Source: Phoronis australis (Eukaryota > Animalia > Phoronida). From it: a stretch of DNA of 64,000 nt. The stretch lies in assembly GCA_002633005.1 (NCBI GenBank), contig NMRA01000067.1, forward strand, positions 154,752 through 218,751. Direction: 5' to 3'. Below, one piece after another: positions 38,001 through 53,000 of this stretch. Position numbers and translations under genes: made by a program. Below the pieces are notes generated by a model, which worked only from the letters and a program-made list of their open reading frames with translations, was not told where the DNA came from and did not search any database. Numbering within the stretch: the first letter of the stretch is position 1; each line of letters opens with the position of its first letter.

Positions 38001-41000
38001 TTCTTCATTGTTTCTGGTAATTAGCGTGCACTTTCCTAATTGAAGTTGTATACAAAGACCTGCCAGTGTTGGACAAGCAGCTCCAAATACCTTCATCACT
38101 GACCTTTCTAGCTAATTGTAAGGTAAACAGGCAAATGTGACTGACCATGTCGGCCATGATGGATGCTGATGGCAATGGTGAGGATACTGGCATGATGGCT
38201 GATGGAGCTTGTCTATTGCACATTTGTCTGCTTGTGTGCATTGCTTGTCAAGTAAACATTTCATTCACTGAAGGGATTAATGGTCATGATTACCTCATGA
38301 CTCATTTGACAGTAATAACTGTGTCTTGTCATCAAACTGTTCCTGCAGTTTATGGTAATGGAATGTTCTGCTTTTGGAAGCTAAGATGAGGGATTGTTCT
38401 TGGTGGGCTAATCGAAAACGATGTAGAAATACCTTTTGGTTACGAAAACCTAAGTACAGAGTGCCAAATCATTTACTTAGTACCTATGAAGCAGGGTCTA
38501 GTTTTATCGAAAGTTGTGCAACCACTTGAAACGGATCTTGCATCCACTACTACAAGCACAAGTTTGCAGATTTATATTTCCATATTTGTCTTAAGGCGTT
38601 AAGACAAGCACTTTGGACATAGAAAACAATTTTGGGAAAGGTGGTTTACCTGAATGGTTGACTCAATCACACGAATGCTTTCACCATTTTACACACAAGG
38701 TTGATAATATTTGAATGTGACTGATGTAATAGAACCATTTCACATCTCCTTCAGTAAAGAGTGAATATTTTCCTGCCTGAATAGGGAAAACTGTTGCTCA
38801 AACTGACTGTTCATCTCACCAATTTGAGACACTATATGGCAGACATGCAAATTCCTTTTTCTCATTTGTTCATAAAAGACCAAATCAACAATTTTTTGAG
38901 TTCTGACTCTGTAACTACAGCTACCAATAGACAATATATCTTAAAAATTGTAGACATTCTCAACAATGCTAGAAACCCTTAAAAATGAGCACGGGTAAAA
39001 ATTCTCCTGATTGGGACAGTGAAGAATTATTTTGTTCAAATTCTATGCTTGTACCAATTTAAGAAATAGGCAATATTGGTTGTTCCGAAGTGAAGAATTA
39101 CGAGAAAGATGAATTTTGCGAGGGGCAGTTATTTTGACGATTTTATATTGGACTTTGTTGATACAAAATGCAGTGTCCGATATTTGAGAGATGCGATGAA
39201 CACCAAAATTACCCATGTCTCAATCTTCAGTCAAGCAAATGAGTTGAATTTTAGTATCCCAAATTTTAGAGACAGCCGAAACTGAAGAATTTTTACTGAA
39301 ATTTTGGGAATTGATTTGTTCGAAGTTAGTGAGATATACTCAAGTGAAAGGGAAGCAAGTTGCATAGGTTTTGGGAGCTAAAATTCTTGTGAGACTGGCA
39401 ATTGCAAAGACACTTGCAGTTTCCAGGAAGTTTTGATCGGAAAGATAGTGGGTGGGTGTTAAGCCAAGCTTTACACTGTAAAAGTGAAGATTTAGAAATT
39501 TTCGGAAGTATGCATGAAGCCAAACATGGGGTTACGTTAATCTGAACTAGTACGTTAAAACCAAGTTTGTGACCATTAGCCATATAGGAAGTACGTTTTT
39601 GTGTTCCAAATTAGACTGATTAATCTCACTAGGCTAAACTTGAATAAATTGCTTAGTCTTTGTCCTGTTATCGAAACATTGCAGAAGTGCAGCAAGCACT
39701 ATGCAGATAGAGAGAAAAAACATTTCTATTGGAGTTAGTTACGCTGGTGCTGATTAATGAAATTGGATTATTACTGCCTCAGTTCTCTCTCTTTGTAATC
39801 TCAGAGAAATAGTCCTGTTTTTTCTGCTAGTTGCCTTTGAACCGCTGGTGTTGTAGATCTTTCCCCTGAAATGGGACTCTTATCAAAACACAGGGGCCGC
39901 TGTGAATCCATCATTTAAGTTGGAGGAAGTTTGCATGTCGAGAGTCTGGACATTTCTGTCTAAGCTAATTGTGGTTCCAGGTGCCGAGGTGGTTGTCATT
40001 AGTTACCAACACCTGTACCTCATGTAATACAGGATTGTGTTCTGACAACGCAAGACATTCACAGACAGATAAAAGTTTATCACAAAACACTCGTCATGTT
40101 TTTCTTTCCATCTTTTTGCAGTCATATTAGGCATAGCACAATTACTGATCAAAGTGTGTTTATTTATGGGTTATACCTCATCCTATATGTTTTCAAGGTT
40201 TGATGGTAGAATAACCAAACGCTGTGTGTAAAACCTACCTTTAAAAACCTTGGTCAGGCAGATATTGATTGTTCCTATAAGCTGTGAAAACATAGCAGAG
40301 CTGTTTTCCAGATAAAGAAAACAAAGTGTTAGTAAACCCTTGTAGTCAGTGAGTTTATCCAGCCATGGAACAGATCAGCAAGATGTCATCAAACTCCTGT
40401 TGAGGTTCTGTTGGCGTGACACCATCTGGTATTTGGAGGTGCTGTTATCTTGGTATCCACATATCTGTTAGGCTGCTGGTGGCATTATTTAGCAACAGGA
40501 AAACACTGACAATGAAAGATAATTACTTCATTCTTATATATTTCGAAATACCTTAAATATTTCAGGAAAAATTCATGGGATTAATTTCAAGGAATCCTGC
40601 TGACAACTAGAATACTGGTATTTTGGTCGTTCCTGTTGACAGGCGCTTACTCTGAATCGAGAATGTAAACAAGTCGTGGTAACTCGTTCATAAAAGGTCA
40701 TGATGTTAGTCCAGACAAATTTGGTGAAATTCAGAATACTGAGTCCCAATGCAAGATTTTGTCCAATTAAAATTTTACGGGAAAAATAACGTGATTACAT
40801 CCACTAAATTTCACACTCTGGGAACTGCTTCTGTGTGGCATGGTGGTCTGTGTTGTCCACATCAGCAAATTCAGTCTCCACAGGAGCTACAAACTTGGGG
40901 GAGGGTTCAAAACAAGGTCTTGGAATTGGTATGCCAGGATTTCCCAATTTACTTTAAGAAATGACTAATCCCCAATGTGTTCAAGCTCATATTGTTTTTA

Positions 41001-44000
41001 AACTCCAACAGGGTATCCAAACTTGTTCTAGGATGAGTGGAACAGGTTGTGTAATAGTCTGACAAATACTTTCTCACTTACACAGCAATATCATTGGTAA
41101 TGTTTAACAGAATTTGTCTACAGGTATGTTCGGTTTATGGTTTTTCCTGCATAAAAGAAGATTCAAACACTGACTAGAACATGACTGCTATAGAACCTGA
41201 CTAAGTAAATTAAATAGGTCTGAACATATTCTTTAAGTAATCCTGTCTAATGACAAGCAGGCCCAAGTTGATTGTGTTTTAATGGAGCCTACATATTTAT
41301 AGCCCAAGAGATGTAATCAAATCATGTTTAGTAGAGTAGTCATCTGGTTCATTAAGCATTGCCATCACTACTGTAATATTACTTGCCTCATTACATTTAA
41401 CATCACAGCAGATCTGTTTAAAGTAATAACACATTTGTTGTCAAACATCATGGTATTGTAGGCCACCTATGGTTGATGACAAGCATATTTCACAGTCCAC
41501 AAGTCAGTCTCACCACCATGCAGTGGTTATGCGCTCACTAAATGTACGTTTTTTTCTTGGAAAGCATGTTTTAGATTTAACTTACACAAGCTTGATATAA
41601 ATACAGATAATGTTATTGATGGTCTGTTTATCTCTCTCTTGAGCAGGACTTGGCACTCAGAATTGGAATTTTTTCCAATGTTGTTTTGTTCTGGTTTAAA
41701 AAGTTCAAAATGTAAGTAAGTCTTCCTGTTTTGGTCTTTGATTGGCATTACATCTGATCACATTCATCTTGCATATAACGGGTATGATAGGGTATACATT
41801 CAGTGGGGGTGGTCTGGTTGATGTGTTCAAGCCACTTTTTTATAGATAGTACTCTTCTGTACAATGCTAATTAGATGTTTCTTTCACGGTGGTCCATCTT
41901 CATCAGTTTGTCTCAGCTGATGATAAAAAGATTTGGACCAGGTGCCTACTCTTATTATTTGGACTCTTCTTCGCAGTAGTAGAAATGATCTATGTTTTGA
42001 TATTGGTGTTTGTTGAATGCTGTAACTTCCTCTCTCTCTAACCATCATCACCTGTGGAAAACGTTTCTCATTCAGGTGTTGTGCCTGTTGAGTAATCGCA
42101 TATGATAGCTATGAGCGAGGCATGTGAGCTGTGTTTTTCTTAAAGTTCAAATCTTGGCGTGCACTATTTCTGGGACTTCTGCCGTTGCCACATTCTATGT
42201 CCTTAGAGTCAAATAAAATTCTGTTCCGTGGAATCATGAAACTGGATTCCATGTCATGACGTCTGGGTACAAGTGTCAATAAATGTCTGTCTTGACCTGA
42301 GATGAAGAGACATGCTACTGTAAGTTGTGTTGGAAAAGCTACTACAATGAATTTCTATTTGTTTTCGCTAAAATGGCATGAGCCATTTTGATGGGAAATT
42401 GTATTTTGTCCAACTACCAGTGTGTACTGAAAGGTATCCTGGTATTCTTGCGTCCGCGTTTATTGTAGGAGTTGAATTTCTTGAAGCATCTGCTTTTCTA
42501 TGTGAACACTGACCATGTTCTTACCAGTGTTTGCCATGTACTGCTTGACTATTTACACCTGTCTCACCACATGTGACCACAGGTACACGTGTCCTGGCCA
42601 CAATTAGCAATGGCTTGAAGGTGCAACACTCCTCCCAGCTTGACATGTTGGTGTTGGATGTAAAATGTTGTGTTGAGTTAATCTCCCTATGGTCTGGAAT
42701 TGGTATTGAAGTACTATTGAAATCTTGTGGCAGTGTAGTGGTCAGTTGAGTCTTGAGAGAAGCAGGGATGTTGCTTGTTGACTAGAAGTTTGTGTTCACC
42801 AAATGTGCTGTAGTAGAATCTCACCAGTTTTTCCGGACACTGTGAAATGATAATTTGTTTTATACAAGACAGCTCACCTAATATGCTTTATACTAGGTGT
42901 TTCAAGGGCTAATCACAGCTTCCAGCAGACAATATGTTGAGAGATTGTTGGCATTTTCGACCACATAGAAGCTCTAATGAGCTGGTGTGGCGTGGATAAA
43001 CAAACCAATTTAGGTGTGGCTTATACCTTTTGGTAGTGGTTACCATATAGTCTAGGACTTAAACATTCTCTTCTCAGTGCTTTTTCTCCACAAGACTCCC
43101 ATTTCTTGCCAGTTGACACTTGGTTTAACTGAGGTGAATTGACCTCTGACCCAAAGGGTGGCACTGTGTTTAAACTGTTTTCTCCAGTTGCATTATTGTT
43201 TGGTCTGAATTTAGTCACATTAGTAAGAAAACCCAACCATTCATTTGGTGTTGACCTGTAAAGGTTACAATGCACCTGTTGGTCCCACTGCTAGATAGTC
43301 TACATGGTAGCTCCTTGTGTTATACAGCATCAATAACTGCTAGTGTAATGGTCATTTTGTACCTTTGTCCTGTGTTTATATATTCATGGTATCTGTTCAG
43401 ATTGAAACCCTGGGCATTTAAATTGAAAAACAAAAAAATATGGGGCGCCATTACGATGAGGGCAAAAACATTTGGTGTTCATCGGAATTGATGAAATGTA
43501 GCTTGTTGCAAGTTTCCCTTTTAAGTTGCGGACTGTTGGGACAAGAGATCAGGTATCTGGTTCCCTAACCCAGCACCATCAGGTGTGCTGTCATACTTAG
43601 ACAGTAGCTAGTACACCATACTATTGCTGTGGGTGTACTGCAACTTTAAATACACTTAGGCATGGTTAAGTGTGTAAATGTGTCTTCTCTCTTGGTTATA
43701 AAGTTCTTACAACTCAGATTTGATGAGAGCTTTAAGAAAATTCTGGTATTCAATCTTCTTTTAGTTAAATGTTATCGCTCATTTGTGAGGACTTGCACCA
43801 AGACATCACTGTTACACTTTGAATTAATTGAACTTATTTCCGTGCTTTTGTTAATTAATTGGTTTCGTTCTAGCATGATTAAATGTGTGAGGTCTGCTTA
43901 GTCTCTTCTATCCCTATAGGGTCTTGGCGGCAGCCATTTACCTGTGCGTGAAACCGTGTCCCAGCCTGAGGTGGTAACTTTATATATCTGAGTAAACTTT

Positions 44001-47000
44001 AAGAGTTTTTTTGTAATCAGAGCCCAGCTGTTCCTGGGGTGGACCTGGCAGTGTTTATTTGGCTAGGTAAAATGTTTGCGACTTTCAGCCTGAGCCTTTC
44101 TAATCCTGCATTTACACCAATGGATTTATCCTCAAGTGTTGTCATCTGCTGGCTTCTACTAGTATTTATTTATTGTTTGATGAGAATCTGGGATGTCTGA
44201 CAGAAATGTGGTGTTACACCAGTCTTTTGGGGAGACTGTGTGGTAGCCTACCTACCCCCCTCCCTGCTAATCAACAAGCAGCTTTGGGTTGTCCATTGAA
44301 ATAATATCAGCAGCACACAGCGAATCAACTAGCAATTTCTCCTTCACCAAGATTTGTCTAAGTGGTATTTCTATTCCACATAAAAGTTAAATCATGTCAT
44401 CATTCTTAATGATATATTAGGGATAAGGGGCAAATGATGCTACCATACACTGGACTTTGGAAGAACAGTTGTAGTGGAAGTTGATCTTGCAATATAACGC
44501 AATATTGGAACTCATGTTAAAGTACTAACTGATGTCAAAGTATTGCTAAATGTCAAAAACCAACTGATTTGTCTGTTTTGATATTCAGACTTCAGGTATT
44601 TGTTTCTGGTTACTTTTTACAGACATTCATGATATTGACTTCTCAACTTCACTATTGGTCTATGATAGCATGTCTTAGTAACTATATTGTCTGATGCAGC
44701 CTTTGGTTTGTACGCTCAATATAACTGAAGTGTATGAAGACAATACCTTCTGTGACCAAGTTGAGTAACGTTTGAGTGAGCAATGCATCGTGGGTAAATG
44801 GTATGGGTTTTTAGGAAGGTGAGAGTGTCTTTTAATTAACTGTCTGCCAAGTAAGGAAGTTAGCTGGGAACTGAACACCAAACCCTTTAGAAAACTATTG
44901 CCATTGCTGTGTGAAGATATTGGAAAGAGAAACATGACCTCAGAGTTATGTAATTGGGGATCTATGAAAGCTTGCTTGATTGGTTTCTTAGTGAACAACA
45001 AAAATTTAATAGTCCAGCTGCTATGTAATAGACTGCAAAAGTCTATGGTTTTATTCAACTTTGAGTTTTCACTTTGCCCTACATAAAAGGTTGGTATTGG
45101 TAGGCTGGGTGTTAGATCAACATTGTTGGGAAAACAACAACATAGATGTGTTATGACTGATAATTCACAAACATATCCCCACTGCTTTGTACTCAATTAG
45201 CAACAGATTAGCTATTTATTGTGGGTGGAATGATCACAGACTTTGTCATGTTTGGCAGTACATCCAACAAGAACTACTTGGTGTGATAATTACCAGCATC
45301 ACTGACGTAATTATGTCGTTATATGTATACTACAAAAGACAGTGATCTCTAATTATCCATCAGTATTATCCGACCCCTAATTATCCATCAGTATTATCCG
45401 ACCCCTTAAAACCTGGTTGCCTTTCTTGAAATTTGATGTTATCAGAGTACAGGACTCCTTATCCTTTGGAAGCCTCTCTGCGTTCCAGATTATTGGTTGT
45501 CTTGTCTCCCCAGTTGGCTTTTAGATTTTTACTATCAGTGATAACCAAGCATGTGTTTTGTGTTTTCTCAGGCAGTTTCTGTCTTTTGTTGTGGTATTCC
45601 TGAATATTCCAGCATATCACCCACTGTTGGTGGACATCACTACTCACTCTTTTACATTGACTTGGTGTGGCCAGCCTAGAACCTATTGTATTCTCCAGTT
45701 ACTGGTATCGTTAGTTTTTTGTCACATTTATAAAAACCATTACCACAGGTGGCGCTGTAGTGCAGTTACCGTGGTGAATGTGGTGCCATCAAAGTTGCTA
45801 TTGTACTTTTACTGGAAAAATGACTCATTTACATGTAGTCTTGGGGTGTGCCAGGATTGCTTGTAGTGTGAGGGAGACTGTGGTTTGCACTTGCTGGCAG
45901 CGGGTGACTGACAATAAGAAGGTGCTAATTAAAGGGACATGATTGGTTCTCCATCTGAAAAATGCATTTTTGGGGTTATTGTAAGATGGGGTAGACTTCT
46001 GGAGTTATAAAACAATAAAATATGTTGTTTTTGTGATTTTTTTATAAACTGACAAATCTTTCCATAGTCTACCAGCCATTCGCGGAAACTAAGGCCTGTG
46101 ACTTTAGGAGTTAAATACTTTGCCATTTGTCATGTGGGGTTTAGCTCTGCCAGCAAACTGTTGGACTATGACCACTGAGTTTGTGAATTCATTGCCGTGT
46201 TGGGGCTGACCTCGGTTGCTTTTCTTACCGATAATGTCACTTTTACATAGATCCATGTTTTTAACATAGATTGAGATCAGATTTAGCAGTTCATCAGCAG
46301 GACATAGTGTGTAATATAGGTCCGATGTCATTACTGGAATGCATATGTTTTATCAGGGCTTGGAATTTTCCGCGGAAACGCGGATTTCCGCTTTTTTCAA
46401 ATGTTCTTTCCGCGCATTTTATAATATTTCCGCGTAAAAAAATCGGATTTGATATAAAATTTCCGCGGCAAATTCCTTTCTTACCGTGGCGTTGCAGACG
46501 ACGTTCACTTCGAAAAGCGGAAGTTGCTGTTTATGTTTCGGAGGAACGTAAATTGTCAACATTGCCGGGGCATCTGGGTAAGCGTGGTGGGATTTTCAGT
46601 GGTGTCTCGTGTTATTGCAAACCGCGGCGACAAATACTACGGCTCTGCAGCCAAAAATGTGTGGGTTGGGAGTGGAAGGACGATAAGGACGAGCTAAAAG
46701 GACGCAGACGCATGCTACTGATGGTGGTAACGTTTTTTTTTTAGTCCGATTTTTGTCGGGGAAAGGTTCACATTGACCATTTCAAGGCTGGGTAGCGCGC
46801 ATGATTTGGGCCGTAATAGTTTCCGCTTTTTTGTCATTGGTCATTCCAAGCCCTGTTTTATGTATTGGGCCTTCGATGCACCAATGCCTCTTAGTGAACT
46901 TCGAGATGCCCATTTATGGAAAATTGAAAGACAAAAGAGCAGCTGGTCATGAAGCATGTCCCGATTCATTGTATGGATGGTATCGGTTACAAAATGTCCA

Positions 47001-50000
47001 TGATACACCTCGCGTCTAAATTGTTAAGGTAGTTGACTGGGATTGATTTCTGTATTTGATATTGAGATACGTCATTTTTTAGAATATGTAGTATAATTGT
47101 ATTCACCTGCAAACCTTAAGCGCACTTAATGGTCTAGTAGAAATATCCGTTTTCTTGCCACATCTAACTAACACTGTGGATTATGCCATTTTTCTATTCT
47201 GGGTTTATGTTATTTGTATTGACTACATCTGTTCAAAAAATTTAGTTATACTACACTTCCAGTTGCTTTTGGATGCCAACTGTTGAAAGGCTAATGGAAA
47301 TTGTCAGTGTGAATTTATTTAGCGTGGTGCTTTTTAATAATATGGTGCTTTAATGAAAATACACTACCATCTTTACTAAGTTAGACCTATGTAAGCAGCC
47401 CTCTGACCTGTAAACATGTATATGTCCTGCACATGGACAGTTATCACATCCGATAGCAAATTGTTGTGATCATAACATTCTATGTTGTCAATGAGCTATG
47501 AAGTGCTCAACCTTATACCTTAATAATATTTCCATCTCCGGATGGAATGCTGAAACTGGTCTGCTTGCCAGCAGAGTTCTTTGTGTTGACTGGAATGTTG
47601 ATGGCATCAGGGTTTGTGTGCACGTTGACCTTTCATCTCTACACCTGTTGTACCCGTTGCCTAGCAACACGAATAAATGGTTCAGGATGTAGTGCACTTT
47701 CACACTGTCCAACAAGATGCACATCACTGTTTTCCACTATTTTGATGCAGGAATATGTATGACTGTTTTCCGTTCGCTCATTCCTTGAAATGAGAAATGG
47801 AATTTCCTATTATTTCATTGTTAGGCATTTCACTATGTTAGTTTTTCTGTCATGCAATGGCCAGATTTCAGTAGCCATTGATACCATGTCAAAGTGAATG
47901 GCTTTGGTAGGATGGTTTAATAATTTGTTTGTTCTGTTCACGAATTCTCTATTTCAATGATATGGTGTTTCATCATTTCGGTCTGATTCCGCTTTCTCAA
48001 TTGACCTTATCTGAGTAGACCTAGAAATTGATAAAGAATATTTTTTTTTGGTATCTAGTTTAAATGTTGACAGTAAAATTTGTGTTATCTCATCACTGTT
48101 TCACTTTTCTAGGGTTTGTTGAAATAGTGCATTTTTGTTCTTTCCCAGTCAATATTTGCTTTTCTGCTATTTAATCTAACTATCTCAGTGTTTGTTTTTC
48201 CCACTCAGTTAATATCATTATATAGGGTGTCCCAAAATGTTTTTAAAAATACTCTAACAGATATGAATGCTGAAAAATGGTCTAACAGATAACTAATGAT
48301 GTTTTTTAATCCATGAATACCAAGGGTTCTTTTGCATGCTATTGAAGTTAGTAAAAAACATGCCATAGCTGACTATTTCAGAGAGTTTCAGTAACGGTTT
48401 TCCAGACTCTACAAAGCCAGCTCTTATATTTTTTCAGGCAGAACACATTTCTACTGTAAACAGTTGTTGTAGTTGTTCACCGCCTTGTCACATCATCTTG
48501 GTTACAAAATCCTTGATGTCTGGGCCATTGCTGCATAACTGATAGCGTGTCTATGAAACATTTTTTTAGTGTGGAGTTGTTGTAAGTTCGGTTGCAAAAT
48601 AAACTTTGAGATTCCTGGAATAACAAACACAAGATTAGTTCATTGTAAAACCCTTTTTTTGGTTCTTGTATTTTAGAAATTTTTTTGTTAATGTGTTTGG
48701 GACGCCTTGCTTTCTCAGTGTTTAAATATCTCCTAGTGTGCTCAGTTTTATTCTAAATTATGCTTGAGGTGGCTGTATATGCACTCAATATATCACCAGT
48801 AGTTGAATGTGCACCAGTTACAAGTGTGTCGTCTATTGTAGGGTCGGTTCGGACCATCCCTGGCCTCCCTCGCTATGTCATGTTGGGTGACGATGCCTCA
48901 GGCGTGTTTGACCTGCAGATCTCCAGTGTGAAGTTGAAAAGTGATGATGCTGTGTTTGAATGCCAGGTGGCGCCAGCAGGAGGGGACCCAGCCATCAAGC
49001 ATTCGGCCAAACTGTCTGTTCAAGGTAAAATTCACCTAGCTTGGAATACTGGATATGTACATGGGAAGTGTATGAGGAAACTTCATACTGAAGTCTGTCT
49101 GCTCAAGTGCTGTGTATTTCTGGCATGAAAGTATTTTATATGTAGCTAATTCACTTTTTTGTAATGATTTTGTATTTCCCTCCTTTAATTAAACCTATGG
49201 AAAAATGGCAACAAGAGTTCTCATTTTCAATGCAATAATGTAAGAATTTTTAGCAATATTGATTACCTGTACTAAATTTTAGTACACGTACAATAATATT
49301 AACAATGGTCAATGGAGCCTCCTGGGCATCTTCCCTGCAGTTTTCTCCTATATGTCCCTTGTTAAGCATGCAAAGCAATCCCGAAAGAGCACTCGCTGGC
49401 CCTTTTTAAAATTTTGTTTTCAAAAGAGGTCTTTTTAGTGGGAGCGCCATTTGGAGATTCCTGGAAGTATGTTGCCTCCATTCAACCAGTTATGTCTGCT
49501 GCTCATTTCAGTACCTCCGTCCAGTGTCACCATAGAAGGATACCACGAAGGTGGAAGGAACTTGAATAACGTTCCTCTAGCCAATATTCCACACACGGCC
49601 AAGTTTCTCAACCTTACGTGTTCAGCACCAGGGGCCAAACCCGCTGCGGAACTCAAGTGGTACTATGAAGGTAACCCGGTGGCCGCTGGCTTCCTCATCT
49701 CGACCTCAGTGACTAAGGTTTTAAAGACTGAGACAGCTGTGAGCACCATCGCCATCTCACCGCGAATTGGGGATAATGGAAAGGAATTCAAGTGTGAGGC
49801 GTCGCACCCCACATGGTCAGCGCCTAAAAGCAACAGGGTCATCCTTAATGTACTTTGTAAGTAAACGTGCTCCTATAAGATACCTTTTGTACTTTAACTT
49901 AACCACTTGTTGTCGGCATGATTCATTTGTCTTTGATAAGGTTTGCACTTTGGGTAGTGTGTTTTACGGCCTGTGGTAAGAGTGCGCCACTTCTGTGTCC

Positions 50001-53000
50001 TGTTATAGAAAAAGAAAGTCGGTCTTTCAACAATAAACTGTGTGGCAGTCCTCTTTTGTCTCAGTTTTCAAACGACATCTTTAGTGTCTGTCCTCTATAA
50101 CCTTTTCAGACCCTCCCAGCAATCCTATCATCACGGGATATGACTCATCGACTGTCAAGAGTACTGGTGACACAATCACATTGACATGCACAGCCAATGG
50201 AGGAAACCCTCTGGCGCAGGTGCACTGGTATAAAAACGGGAAGAAAATCGACTATTCATTCGACTCTTTGGCTGGGAAGTCTGTGAATGAATACGAGTTC
50301 ATCGCTGATGGCACAGACAACAAAGCAGTGTATCGATGTGAAGTGTCTAATTCAGAGACTCCTGAGCCATTGACAGCACAAGTTACACTGGATGTCTACT
50401 GTAAGTATGACGTTGTTGTATCTGAAAGGTGCTCTAAACCGTGCTGTTATTAAATAATAAATTAGTTTTGTGGGAGAGTGCACAATATTATGGGTGGTAG
50501 TTTTGAATAATTCAGGCTTTTTAAGGATGTTAGTTTTCAGGCAAAACCTTCTGAGTTAAAGGTTTTATTGACTAAATTTCAACATTTGCATCTGATTCTT
50601 ACACAAAGAAAACACATGACATAACTTGTATTCACAAATTACACCCCACTCACCCCAGATCACCTGCAGATGGTGCCTTATCACACCCTTTGTGTTTCCA
50701 ATACAACAAACCTAATCTGATGGAAATAATTACAGATGCAATACTTTCTAACAATGATTTACATGCTCAACTGTCTCTGGCATGTCTTTGTGAATAGGCT
50801 TGACTTGGGGCTTTGGTGCACCTCGCCTAGCCTAATCTTGGTGTAGCAAGGTCTGGAAACGGTATTTTCATGGCATGAAGTTGGGGCTTAATTGATGAGG
50901 TGGACCCCCTTTATGTTGCAGATACTCCTGAGAAGGTGACCATCTCTGGCCATGAGAATGCCAAAGCTGGCGACACCATTACATTGAGCTGTGCCACGAC
51001 CCCCAGTAACCCCGGATCATCGATCACATGGTTCACTAAAGGGCGCCAACTGTCTACTAGAGATGTCACCTACCACAGCACTCCAAATGGAGGAACTATC
51101 ACCATCTCCAATGTTACAATCACGTTGATTGCTGCTGACAACCAGGCGGAGTATCACTGTCATGCTACCAATAGTAAACTAGGTCGGACTGTGCAAACCA
51201 GTGTCACCCTAGATGTCTATTGTAAGTTTCAGGCATTTTATTGATATTTCTTACGCTCACTATTTTTCTGTTATTGTCTTAAAATTGCTATCATTCCTCG
51301 CTTATTTCTCTAAAAAATTGTATTTTTTTCCGATTTTCTAAGTCTGATCATCTTGCTGCAAGAGACTGAAACTTGACCAATTGCTGTTTTATCTTTCTGG
51401 TGAAAGAATAAAAGAACTCATTTTATTCTTGGTTTTATCAAGTGTAATTAGAAATTTTAACTCACTGTATTAAAAACAAAAGAAACTTTCTATCCGAAAA
51501 CTTGAATGAAAACAATGGTCTCCAACGATGGCACCCCATGAGTATCAAATTTTGCAGGTGTGATGTATTTTCACAGTGTGTTAAAGCACCAGAAACTTAT
51601 TATTACATAACTTGACTCGTCTGCCTGATATGGACCTTGTAGTCTCTGAATTGATGTTCTTTCTTTTCATTTCAGTCCCACCTCCCAATCCACCCATTAT
51701 AACTGGTAACGATGGAAGCACAGTGAAGGCGGGATCTGTGAAGATACTCACCTGTCAATCATTTGGTGGAAATCCACTCGCAACTGTCACTTGGTGGAAA
51801 GGTAAATTTCTCACGGTGTCCTTTCTGATTGCTTTGTGCTCGCCTTCAAACCAGCTTTGTATCAGAATACCATCTGTTTGGCCTACGTAGATGATAACTC
51901 TGGTTTGTGTCGTAGAAATTGCTGTTTCCTGACTTATAACCAAGAATGAGGCTGTGGTGTAAAACATTTTCGTGCTTGTCTATTGTTGTTTTGAAGTGCT
52001 CCAGGACATGTGAGCCATAATGATAATGGAAATAGTAATGATTGTAGAGAACACGTGAAGCATTCTAGGTTGATATGATAACTAGAATATCTCTAGGATA
52101 TTGTAAGTGTATCAAGTGCTCCTTATGTTGTGTTGACTAGCTGAGTGACTACAAATCATTGCTATTCAGGAAACACCCAGGTGGAGGGAGGTGTAAAGAA
52201 GGTGTATGGTAACAGAGCCGAGAACAAGATCACCCTGGTGCTGCAGGCTAGTGACAACTTGGCAGACTATAGGTGTAACGTTACCAACGCAGCCATGGTC
52301 ACACCACACATCACTAACACAACTCTTCATGTCATTTGTACGTAATTATTATCAACCAAGCTGTAGTGCTACCTGTATGTTCTGGTGTATATTCTGTACC
52401 TTATGATCAGAAACCGAGAAGACCAGAAAGGATAGTTGGTTCTGGTCTCTACTGTACTAACTGAGAGACCTGCATCCACCAACTAAATAATGCTTGACCA
52501 TAGCAATTTAAACCTGTCTGCTGTTTTATTTTTGAAAAGCTGCTCAATTGCACACAAGCATGGGTAAGCAAGGCTTCAAACAATGCGATTTGCCAACCGA
52601 TGAGTATTAAAAACAAATCCCGCATCATTTTTGCTTTCTCGTGTCAGGTGGATTTCTTTTTTGAAAAGTGAGTAACTACAAAGTGCTGCACCACTGATTT
52701 GGATTTTCCAAAAATACAGACCAGGACCAATTATGCTTTTTTGGCCTTATCTCCTCGGCAAGACGTCATAGAATGATGTTAGATTGAGTAAATCACAACA
52801 TGGCGGACAGAGGATGTTAAGCAACAGAGCATAGTAAACGACTAATTTAAACTTGAATGTACATGCATGAAATTTATCACATATTGAGATACCGTGTTAT
52901 TCTTTACTGTCAAGACTTGAACTCAAATTGTACTCCTTATTGTTAGAGTATGCACCATCACTGTCACATTTTATTCCAGTCCACCCATCTGAAGTCTTCG

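Noticed and set aside
44675-45196. Longest ORF in the track (173 aa, - strand)
   Set aside because: Antisense within intron 1, with no recognisable domain or exon structure.
46271-46744. 157-aa ORF
   Set aside because: Lies in a hAT-like MITE with subterminal repeats and has no transposase motifs.
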